This document shows, piece after piece, positions 12,361 to 23,447 of a stretch of DNA of 59,100 bases. Origin of the DNA: Malacoraja senta (taxonomy: Eukaryota). The position numbers were made by a program, and so were the translations under genes. The notes beneath the pieces are model-generated. The model was not told the origin of the DNA, made no database searches, and saw nothing but the letters and a program-made list of their open reading frames with translations. The first letter of the stretch is position 1. Every line of letters starts with the position of its first letter. Location: NCBI GenBank assembly GCA_038087875.1, contig JAXLNO010002656.1:62001-121100 (forward strand), given 5' to 3'.

Positions 12361-13684
12361 TGACAGGGAGAAAGTGTAATTGATGTATTTCATATTAGTT
12401 AACCATGGATTTTCTTGACCACAGTTGACAGCCCCTAATGGGATTGCATGTCTATCACACATCTCAAAAGAGCACAGCATTAAGCTTCGAAGGGCAAAAT
12501 TTACACGAGTTGTGCAGGTCAAGTGTTTTTTTGCACAGAGAGAGCTTGATACCTAGAATGCGCTACCAGGAGTGGTGGTAGAGGAAGACATGATAATGGT
12601 GCTTAAGAAGGTTTTGGACAGGCTTGTGAATGTGCAGCGAATACAAGGATATGGATCACATGCAGGCAGTGGAAATCAGTTTTGGTTTAGTTTAGAGATA
12701 GAGTATGGAAACAGGATCTTTGGGCCACTGAGTCTGCACTGACCAGCAATTGCCCATTCACTATTTTTGTCCTACAAGCTAGGGACAATTTACAGAAGCC
12801 AATTAACCTACAAACCTGCACGTCTTTTGTATTTGGGAGGAAACCGTAGCCCCCAGAGAAAACCCACAGGGTGACAGAGAGAACGTACAAACTCCGTCCA
12901 GACAGCACTCTAGTCAGGATCGAACCCGGGTCTCTAATGCTGTAAGACAGCCATTCTATCACTGTGCCACTGTGTTGCCTTAGTTTAACTTGGTATCCTG
13001 TTCGACATGGACATTGCAGGCTGAAAGTCCTGTTCTTGTACTGTTCTATGTTCTATATATTCTCATTGGACAGGGCAGAGTTTTTCACTCCTCCAGCCTC
13101 CATGTTGAATACTTACTCCCAGTTTAAATCTGATTCAATTAGTCAATCCATTTCTCCCCCCCCCCTCCTGCCCTGATCCCCATTCTATATCTTGAAGTAG
13201 TCATTCCCTTTTTCGCTCCCTGGTCTGTCTACTATCCCCACAACTTTCCTCTACTTTCCTGTCTTGGTGCATGCAACATCTATCCATTTACCTCTTCCCT
13301 TCCTACTGTCCATAGACCCAGGCAGTTCTTCAAAGTGAAACAGCGTGAAACACTTGCACTTCCAGTCAAATCTACTGCATTTGGTTTTCATGACGTAATC
13401 TTCCACATCGCATCAATGAAACAAATTGAGTGGCTGCGTTCTGGAGAACCTGCATTCAATCCATGGGACTTTCTAAGATTCCTAATTCCTGCCACTTTAA
13501 TTCTCCATTCAACACCCACCATGATCCATCCATCTGTACCTCTTACACTAGGATAACAAGGGTGAAAGTAACCTTGAGGACCAACAACTCAGCTTCTACC
13601 TTGACATGTTGCAGCCTTTCACACTCAATTCCACGTTCAACAAGTTGTATTCCCTGTCGATAAAAGAACTGGTCATTTCATAAG

Positions 13685-14185
13685 TTCATGTTCATTTATT
13701 GTCACATACACCAATTGGTGTAGTAAAATTCACTGGCCAGGTCAGTCATACAATTTAAAAAAGCAACAGACTCAAAAACACATTTTGACATAAACATCCA
13801 TCATAGTGACTCCTACACATTCCTCACTGTGATGGAAGGCGAAAATAAAGTTCCAAGTCCTTCCCTTGTTGTTCTTCCTTGGTCGGGGGCCTCGAGCCCC
13901 CCGTTGAACGGACGGTCTTGAGTCCCGTAGCCGGCGGCGTTCGGGCCCTCCGCGTCGAGGTGATCAGCTCCCGCATCGGGGGGATTGTCAGCTCCCTTGC
14001 GCCGGGCGATCGAACCTCGCGTCGGGGCTGGACGAACCTTCTGTGGCATTGGAGCTCCCGACTAGCCTCTCCCGAGACTGGGAGCCCTTGATGGTAAGTT
14101 CGCAGGCCGCGTTGGGAGCGATCCCAGGCAAGGGATCCGCTCCGATGGTAAGTCCACGCCCCGTGGTGGGGCTCACGACGGTCCT
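13685..14185 (-). mobile_element. Family X GC-rich non-autonomous retroposon
   Basis: Same TTTATTGTCAC tail and ACATCCA/TTCCTCACTGTGATGGAAGGC block as 2660-3345. Two GATGGTAAGT motifs at about 14090 and 14144. Confidence 0.65.
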
Positions 14186-15002
14186 TTTCAACTGTTAAGT
14201 TGAAGTCAGAAAGAACAGATGCAAGAAGTATGAAGAAGGACACCAAGCTGAAACATTACGTAACCATGTCTTCCAGATGCTGCCTGAGCCACTGAGTTAC
14301 ACCTGCACGTTTTTGTGTTTTTTTTAAATTACAGTAAAGTTATCCACCTGCAAAATCAGGACAGCCTGACCTACTTGAGTACTGCAGTATGTGCTGCATT
14401 TTATATAACTCTGTTTAGTTTCATGCATGCAGAGATGCAGTGAAATGGTTTGGATGGAACAGCAGATGCTGGACACCCCGTCCCTTCTCTCCAGAGATGC
14501 TGCCTGTCCCGCTGAGTTACTCCAGCTTTTTGTGTCTGTCTGCAGTGAAATGGTTGTTCTGCATTCTCCCCAGTCAAGTCATACTGTACATAAGTACAAT
14601 TCGTCCTCTTCTGGAACAGCACGCAGAGATCCACCACATTCCAGGACTATCTTGCAGCTTCCAAGTCTCTGAGAAGTCTGATTTTGCCCTAAGGAAATAC
14701 CCAATTTCACATTTTCTCATGTTAAGGCCCAGTGTCATAACAGCACTGGATTGATGAAGTAGAGGCGCCTGCCTCAGTTTAAGTTTTTCTGTTTCAAGAT
14801 TGTGATCAAACCCTCGTCACTGGAACTGTGTCGCAGTGCCACCCATTACGTATCAGTCCCAATTATCTTTCAACATGCTGGAATCACTTGTTTTTTATCC
14901 TTTTTAGACTTTTTTCATGAATTGTTCAGCTTAAACAGTTATGCTACAGCAGTTAAGCGCAGCTACCACTTAGTTCCAGAGACGTAACAACACAAGAGAT
15001 AG

Positions 15003-15188
15003 TGTTGGAAGAATGATCAAACTCACACATAGTGGTTAGAATCCATAGTCTTTTATTAGTAACTCTGCAGAGGAAACACAAGGTGCTTTCTTCTCAGCAT
15101 GCTTACTACCAGTCTACCAGAGAGAGAGAGAGAGAGATGTCTAATAAGCCTGTGGGCGGAGCCACAGTATGAGTGACACTAATCTACA
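15003..15188 (-). mobile_element. Solo LTR, 186 bp
   Basis: TG...CA termini, perfect 5-bp TSD GATAG (14998-15002 and 15189-15193), minus-strand AATAAA, internal (AG)n and GGGCGGAGCC box. Confidence 0.8.
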
Positions 15189-16823
15189 GATAGGCACAGG
15201 GATAAGTTTCGGTTTATTATTGTCACGTTTAGTTTCGAGGTACAGCATGAAAATAGGCCTTTTGGCCCACTGAACCTGTGCTGACTAACGACCACCCAAA
15301 TATTAGTTCTATCCTACACACTAGGGACAATTTACAGAAGCCAAAAAACTTACAAACCTGCACGTCTTTGAATGTGACGGAACTGTAGCACCCGGAGATA
15401 ACTCACATGGTCACAGGGAGAATGTATGAACTCTATATAGACAGCACCCATTGTCAGGATTGAACTTTGGTCTGTGGTACTGTAAGGCAGCAACTTTCCC
15501 TCTGCGCCACTGTGCTGCCCATGTACTGAGGTAGAGTGTAAAGCTTTGTTTTGCATGCTATCCAATTGGATGAGGTAACAAAATACATATATATGATCAT
15601 CAAACTCAAGTACTGTAGGTAGAGCAAAGGGGAAGGTACAGAGTGTGGCATGTAGTTCTCAGCAATGTAGCACAGCAGTTCCATTAGATAAGTGTTTCGA
15701 CCCGAAACGTGACACATTCCTTCTCTCCAGAGATGCTGCCTGACCCGTTGAGTTACTCTAGCATTTTGTGTCTATCTGCGGTTTAAACCAGCATCTACAG
15801 TTCCTCCCTACATAGTTCTATAAACAAAGTCCACTGTCTTTAATGGGGTAGTGGTCAATTGGACAGTACCCTAGCTTATGGAACGATCATTCAGAAGCCT
15901 GATTTTCTCCTCGGTTATTAAGTTTCCGAGTAAGCCATTTGGTCCTCTAACCTGCCCACCATTCAATATGACCATGGCTGACGTTCCTCAGGCATCAACT
16001 CCTGTTCGATATCAGTTCCTCATTGCACTCAGTTCTCCAATTTAAGTTTAATTAAGTTAACTACCGCCACATTAAATGCTTCCAATGATTTTGTCTTCAC
16101 AAATCTCTGGCGCCAGAGAATGACCACACTCTGCAAAAAGAGATTTTGTAAACAAATGACTGGTCTCTTTTATCTCTTATTGAAGAGGAGTGAAAATACT
16201 GCCAATTTTAAGCTTGTCCCCTCCCCAATTGACCCTCATTTCGTAACTTGTCAATTATTTATTATTGTCAATAATATGCCCTAGTGAAAAGATTTGCCGA
16301 TGGTATTAGTTTATTATTGTCACATGAACTGTGATATAGTCAAAAGTTTGTCTGTGTGTTATCCAATCAGATCATACTACACATGTGCAATCAAGCCATC
16401 CACAAGTAGAACAGTGCAAAGAGAAAAATTCTCAGAGTGCAGAATATCGGGTTACAATATCATAGCATTACAGTTACAGAGAAAGTGCAGATCAAAAAGA
16501 GTTGCAAGGATCACAATGAGATTGGTTGGAAGATCAGGGCAACATCTTATCTTACATGAGAACCATTCAGTAGTCCAATAACAGTGGGGAAGAAGCTGTT
16601 CCTGAATTTAATGGTACGTACTTTCAAACTTTCTTGTGCACTGTCTTAACAGGGAGCGTGCGATCCCTTTTAAACCACGTGGTTGGTTGATGGTGCCGAA
16701 AGAGGCAAAATGGGGCAGATGTGGACAGTGACTTGGTTGTTGTAGTGGACTGAAGAATATTTTGTGGTGGGTGACTGTGCAAGTTTTACTGAAGATGAAA
16801 ATAACCATCTTACTGTCTTGTAG

Positions 16824-17090
16824 TTTCCCCTGAGGTCACTCTCGCTGCCCGCCCTGATGATCATTCAGTCCTGTACTGCACTGTGTTTGGATTTTACCCA
16901 CCGGCCATCAATGTCAGCTGGTTGCAGAATGGTCAACATGTCTCTGAGACCAAATCTTCTGGGGTCATACCCAACAACGATGGAACATATCATCTAAGGT
17001 CTGTCCTTGAGTATGATCCGTATGATGGGAAACAGTATTCCTGTCATGTCGATCACAGCAGCCTGCCCGGTGGGAAGACCATCATCTGGG
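16824..17090 (+). CDS. Nonclassical MHC class I-like gene, alpha3 (Ig C1-set) exon
   Basis: 267-nt phase-1/phase-1 exon with acceptor CTTACTGTCTTGTAG| and donor TGGG|GTAAGA. Encodes VSPEVTL..LYCTVFGFYPPAINVSW..IPNNDGTYH..YSCHVDHSSL..IIW. In frame with the alpha2 exon. Confidence 0.94.
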
Positions 17091-17429
17091 GTAAGAACGT
17101 TAAATATTCTTTCATAGATAATCATTATCTTCTGTTGTTTCCATTTTAATCATCATGAATACATCCCATATTCCAAGATGCTTAAACTTTCTTTGTTTAG
17201 TGGTGTTGCTCTAAGTAATCACGTAATCAGCACCCACTCTCTGCATGAGCAGAAGACTTTGTCAACAGAACATTTATCAAAAGTAAATAAATAACTAATA
17301 TATAAGGAAGGAGTATTTGAGATTCTCAGTGGTGGAACTGAAATCTATGAAAGGTATGTTTAAATAAAAAATGAATCTTTCCTCATGATGTGATTAACAA
17401 CAAGGCACTGGGGGAGTACATGCCCCAAT

Positions 17430-18125
17430 CTGAATCAATGGTCCGAAGTGGAAATGATTGAGAGCTTCATGTTCCTTGGCATGAATTTATCCAATATTCT
17501 GTAAAGGACTGACCACATAGCCAAGGAGGCACACCAACACCTCTACTTCCTCAGGAGACTGAGAATATTCATCATGTCTCTGGTGACTCTAGCAAACATC
17601 TATAGATGCCGCTAGAGAAAGCATGTTGTTGGGTTGCATCACATCTTGATTTGGGAACTGCACTGCCCAAGACTGCAAGAATATACAAAGAGTTAAAGAT
17701 CATCACACAGGCCAGACTTCCCACTATTGGCTCAATCTACACTAGGTTGCCTTGGAAAACGAGACTTATCCCAACCTTCCTCCTTCTTGCTCCCATCAGG
17801 CATTAGGTACAGAAAGTTGAAAATATGCACTGCCAGACTCAGGAACACCCCCTTTCCACCTGTTAACAGGCTTCGGAAGGGTCCTTCCATAATGTAGGTT
17901 TAATGCCCGATTCACCTCAACCTCATTGAACATTGAACATTGTCCATGGAACTGATGTGTTACAATGCTGAGAACTATATTCTGTACTCTGTATCCTCCT
18001 CTTTGCTCTATCTATTGTTTTTGAGTTTGTATTTATGTATAGTTTTATAATTTGTTTGGATAGCATACAAAACAAACTTTGCTCATATTTTGAAACATCT
18101 GGCGTTAATAAAACTAAACCTAATG
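17430..18125 (+). mobile_element. Highly decayed Rex/L2-type LINE 3' fragment
   Basis: Degenerate SFMFLG / HLYFLRRL homology to 9129-10595 and an AATAAAACTAAA tail near 18107. Confidence 0.55.
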
Positions 18126-19780
18126 AAGTAAGTTCCATGACGCAAGTTACAGATTCAGCAACGAATAATATAACTGCCTGACAAACAGCGATCGTAGAAG
18201 TTTGATTCCAAGTATGCTGCACTAACCTACACAAATGCTCACTTTTGAAGATTCCCTCGAACAATGCACAACTAAGGAATCTGATGTTTCACTCTGAAGA
18301 CTGTTGACATACCCCAGAACTTAATTTCCAACCTATCTATGTATCATCAGCAATCTAGGCTACAGCGCCACCAGTCCCTTCATCTGCTCTTAATACCAAC
18401 GATAAGTAGTTCACTTTCTTGCATTGATTCCCAACCTGCAGTTGCAGTTTCCCAACCAGAACACTCCTTTAAGACAACTCTCTGCTTGCTCTTAATTGTT
18501 TTTCCATTCATGCTAATTATTACCCCCAATGTCATAAGCCATGTGCCTTTGCATCACTTGATCAGATATCTTATGAAAATCCAGATATTGTGGCGACATC
18601 TGGTGGTCAGGCCACTTATTGCTAGAACCCTCGTCAGGGGAGCTGGGACTATCACGTGAGTGACAGGGTTTTGGTGGGAGTTGGTGATGAGTTAATCGCC
18701 AGTCAACTGGTGTGCCCGATAACAACGGCAGGAACTTTGCTCAAGTCCTTACTAAACGCGAGTGGGCCAAAACTGTATTTCTTTAAAAAAAACATTGATT
18801 TGTTCACGACGTTTGGATCTCTACAATATATTGTATTTCTTTTGTTTCTCATTCCAATTTTGTTACCTATTCTGCTTTTCCATCATTTTGTTTATGAATT
18901 TTAGGCTTTTCACACCTGCTGCTCGAATATACATTGTCTACGGGTTCCTGTTGCATTTTCAAAGAGTTCTAATCAATTTCTCAAACAAAGTTTGAAGAAG
19001 GGTCCCAAAACGAAACGTCACCTGTCCATGTGTAAGAAGAAACTGCAAATGCTGGTTTACACCAAAGATGGACACAAATTGCTGGAATAACTCAGCTGGT
19101 CAGCCAGCATCTCTGGAGAAAAGGAATAGGTGATGAATCCATGTTCGCCAGAGATGCTGCCTGTTCCGCTGAGTTACTCCAGCATTTTGTGTCTATTATG
19201 TATATTCTTTCCACTGACTGGTTAGCATGAAACAAAAGCTTTTCACTGTACCTCAATACATGTGACAATAAACTAAACTAAAGCTTTTGTGTAAATCAGT
19301 ATCTGCATCTCTTTCTTTCTACAATTTTCCTGATAATGCCCTGATAATGCACTTTATTGTTTTGTTATTACTTAAATGTTCTGCCATTATTGAAAGGAAT
19401 CCAGCATTTTCCCCAAAACAAATGTTAGTTTATATAGGGTTAAAGCTTTCTGCTTTCAATTCACCTTCTTTCATGAATTAAGTTGTGGCTGTGATGGTGC
19501 CATATATCATAGAGTTGTACAGAACATATATTGTCCCTTTGCCATGCTGCAGAACTCCGTGATTCAAAACACCATATCATCTTATATACCTTGAAAAGCC
19601 CCAAATATAGACACAAAATGCTGGAGTAACTCAGCGGTCAGGTAACATCTCTGGAGAAAAGGAATAGGTGGCATTTCGGGTCGAGACCCTTCTTCACCCT
19701 GAAGTCTTCAGACAGTGCCCATCTATTTAGCTGCACAGCTTAACAATTGATTTGTAAAATTATGCATTCTTATTTTTCAG

Positions 19781-19888
19781 AAGGAAATAGGAAGAAAGAC
19801 AGGCACATAGGCCTTATTGCCGTGTGTGTGCTGATATTGCTGGCTATTGTCTTGGCAGTAATTGTTTTGTGGAGAAAAAAGAGGAGAG
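19781..19888 (+). CDS. Nonclassical MHC class I-like gene, connecting peptide/transmembrane exon
   Basis: 108-nt phase-1/phase-1 exon with acceptor TTCTTATTTTTCAG| and donor AGAG|GTAAGA. Encodes EGNRKKDRH-IGLIAVCVLILLAIVLAVIVLW-RKKRR: a 22-aa hydrophobic helix and a basic stop-transfer. Confidence 0.87.
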
Positions 19889-20549
19889 GTAAGATGGAAA
19901 AATTGTGATGCACTGTTGCTAGTAAAGGTATTGGGCTTGAAGAAATGATCGATCTCAAGTAGGATAAGGCAGCAGCTACACCTGAAATGCCTCGACAGTC
20001 ACCACTGTCAACTAGCCTTTGTGCTGTTGTTAAATGTTTCTGATAATCAGATATTTAAAAATTGTGAATTCAGTGTAAAAAAAAGTTAAACATTATGGAT
20101 TCACTGCCCCAAATCCTAGAAATATCAATGAGTCATTAAAAAGTACAGCATGGAAGCAGTCCTTTTGGCCCACCGTGTCCATGCCAACCACCAACCACCT
20201 GTTCTCATGAATTCTATCTCATTGCACCTTCTCATCCAGTCACCCACCCACTAGGGGCAATTTACAGTGGCCAATTAAACTATAAACTGACACATCTTAG
20301 GATGTGTGAGGAAACCGGAGCCCCTGGAGGGATCCAATGCGGTTACACGGAGAACATGCAAACTCCACATAGATGGCACTCAAGGTCAAAATTGAACCCG
20401 GGTCTGTGTCGCTGTGAGGCAGCAGCTCTACGAGTTGTGACACTGTGCTGCTCTGATGGGGGCTCGCACTGTTCATGATCCAAGTCAGCTACGAGGCAGA
20501 TTGGTTGCAGTTTAACATTTACTAGTTTTGTTTAGTTTAATTTAGAGAT

Positions 20550-20815
20550 ACAGTGACGAAATAGGTCCTTAGGCCCACCGAGTCTGCGCTGACCAGCGAT
20601 CCCCGCACATTAACACTATCCTATACACGCACACCAAGCCAATTAACCTACATACCTGTACGTCTTTGGAGTGTGGGAGGAAACCTTAGATCTCGGAGAA
20701 AACACACGCGGTCATGGGGAGAACGTACAAACTCTGTACAGACAGCATCAGTAGTCGGGATCGAACCCGGGTCTCCGGTGCTGCAAGCGCTGTAAGGCAG
20801 CAACTCTACTGCTGC
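20550..20815 (-). mobile_element. tRNA-derived SINE (HE1-like elasmobranch SINE), representative copy. Others at about 12690-12975(-), 15250-15515(-), 20150-20450(-), 20980-21245(+), 21752-22035(+), 41020-41250(+), 41290-41530(-), 53715-53890(-) and 57610-57915(-)
   Basis: tRNA-like head with A/B boxes (GCAGCGGTAGAG..GGGTTCGATCCC), a conserved body (GGAGTTTGTACGTTCTC, GGTTAATTGGC) and a (CTAAA)n tail. Family name is from recollection, not a search. Confidence 0.8.
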
Positions 20816-23447
20816 ACTCAGTAGCTGCCACCAAGGCCGCTGTTGCTGGAAGACTCTATGTTTCTATGACTCAAAATTAAGTGGGAATGTGAGTAGTGGG
20901 AGAAATGGTTCAATGTGGAAAGTCGAATGAATGAGCAACAACATGACAGGTGGACTACAATGTGAAACAGGGCAGCACAGAGCCAGAGACCTGAATTAAA
21001 TACCGACATCGGCTGTTGTATCTGTAGAGTTTGCATGTTGTTCCTGTGACCATGTGGGTTTCCCCAGGTGCTCTGGTTTCCTCCCACATCCCCAAAACAT
21101 TGTTTGGTAGGTTAGTTGTCCCCTAGATTGTGCATGATACAATGTGGGGAGAGCTGATGAGAATGTGGGACAAATATAGGATTAGTGTACATGAATGGTT
21201 GGTGCAGGTCAGTGGGACAAAGGCCATGTTTGTATGCTGCATATTTCCATGACTCTTTATGATGTAGAAAGATGTTGACTATTTTTGATTTATAAGATTG
21301 GGAAAGACTGTGAGGGACAGTGCTAGAGTAACTCAGCAGGTCAGGCAACATCCCTGGAGACCATGGATAGGTGACAATCTGGTTCGAGACTCTTCAGGCA
21401 AATTACAATGGGTATTCCTCCGCTTAAGTCTGATAGTAGTGTACAGATGCACCTCAACCACTGACTTGCTCAACAAGTGCTTAAATTAGTTGAATTAAAG
21501 TATGTTTGGAGTAACATGCAGCAGTCCTTAAAATCTACCATTTCCCAAATCCCAAGAGAGCTGGATGATCAGGGTTTTAGTGTAAATTCAAAGTCATCTA
21601 TATCACTGATTTCTTGCCTGTGATCACACTGTTGTAAGATATATTCTGGTGATGAATTGCAGTTCACTTTCCTCCTGTGTAAAGGAGTTATTGTGTTGAA
21701 TATAACAAGTGGAGGGAAAGTCAGTGTAGGATTTAGAGTTTGTACGTAATGCAGCATGGTAGTGCAGCTGGTAGAACTGCTGCCTCACAACGCCAGAGAC
21801 CCAGATTCAATCTGGACCTCGGGTACTGTCTACGTGGAGTTTGCATGTTCTCCTTGTGACTATGTGGGCTTCCTCAGGGAGCTCCGGTTTCCTCCCATAT
21901 CCCAAAGATGAGCAGGTGTGCAGGTAATCATCCTCGGTAAGTCACCCTGATAGTGTAGGGGGTGGATGGGAAATCTATTATGAATGGGTGATTGCTGGTT
22001 AGTATGGATTTGGTGGCACAAATGGCCTGTTTACACACTGTATCTGTTTTCAAGAGAGAGTTAGATTTAGCTCTTAGGGCTAAGGGATTCAAGGGATATG
22101 GGGAAACAGCCAGATCGGAGTATTAATTTTGGATGATCAGCCATGATTGTATTGAATGGCGGTGCTGGCTCAAAGGGCCGAATAGCCTATTCCTGCACCT
22201 ATTTTTTTATGTTTCTATCTTTCTATTAAATAAACTAAATTGGAAGACAGAAGGTATTTACTGATGCATCTTCACACCAGCTGTAAATGTCATCAACTGT
22301 GAGAATTGATTGCAAATGTTATACAATATTATAAACTAAACTGGGTGATCAAAATGACAAGATGGATGAAGAGCAGAGTTTTCATTGAAATAACAGACGT
22401 GCAGCTTTCTCGAGCACTTGGCCTTGGTTGTGTAATATTTCCTCTTCAAAATACAATGTTCCCTGGCATTTCTGGTCTGAGGCACCATTCAGCAAGTATA
22501 TTTCCTGAAACGGAGGTTCTGCTTTCATGGTATCAAGATGTCCAACAGCTCCAGCACCCAGATCAGAACCTTGCCAAAACTAAGAATGCAGCAACAATTT
22601 AGTCATTGAACATCAACGACATGCATATTTGAACTGAGGCAATGGTTAGCTTATTATCACTGTAAACCAGTCGTGGTCATGGGTCTGCCATTGTGGTCAC
22701 TATTAGTGAGGGTGATTAACTATCATGTAGCAGTGAAACGGAAAAGAATTGGCTTTTCAAGCCCACGGAGCCATAGAGTCATACGGCATGGAAATGGCCA
22801 CCTCAACTTGGCCATGTCAACCAAGATGCCATGTTTAAACTACAATTTACCTGCAATTGACCCATATCTCACTGAACCTTTCCTATCTACAGTATGTACC
22901 TGTCCAAGTGTGTTCTAAATGTTTTTTAATACCTGCCTCAACTCCTTCCGCTGGAATGTTCTTCCATATTTCCACTTCCTCTGGTTCCGAGTAACTCGTT
23001 TCCTTCTCACCTTAAACCTAAGTCCTCTGGTTCTTGATTACACAAGGCTGGTTAAAAGATTCCGTGCATTCAATCTATCTATGCTCCTTGATTTTATAAA
23101 CTTCTATAAGATCACCCCTCAGCCTCTTGCGTGCCAAGGACTAAAGTCCAAGCATTCTCATCCTCTCCCTGAATCACAGGCCCTGTTAATGACATCCTTC
23201 CGATAGTGGAGTGACCAAAACTTAACACATTACTCCAAATGTGACCTCACCAACATCTTGTACAACTGTAGCAGAACATCCCAACTTTTTTATTCAGTAC
23301 CTTTCTTTTAAAATCTTTTTATTGTTTTTTTTCAAAAAAACAAAAACAAAAATAAAACATAAAAAACAGAGCAAAAAGAATAATGATAAACATAACAATG
23401 GTATTGATACATAGGGATCATGATTACATTAATAACAGGTATAAACT

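Noticed and set aside
17201-17353. Internal exon between a good acceptor and AAAG|GTATGT
   Set aside because: The long frame is phase 2, which is incompatible with the phase-1 alpha3 donor, and it contains a TAA.
18652-18664. 13-nt match (TCACGTGAGTGAC) to the DIRS terminus
   Set aside because: Isolated E-box-containing match with no flanking DIRS similarity; compatible with chance.
20700-20815. tRNA genes
   Set aside because: A/B-box sequences are SINE heads attached to SINE bodies; no complete cloverleaf.
22261-22602. Alternative tail exon (AVNVINCEN*) at 22281 and overlapping 98-aa + ORF / about 65-codon minus frame
   Set aside because: Weaker pyrimidine tract, no nearby AATAAA and no recognisable motif. 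It is less supported than 41664, but not excluded without RNA data. The same applies to the DI* option at 20051.
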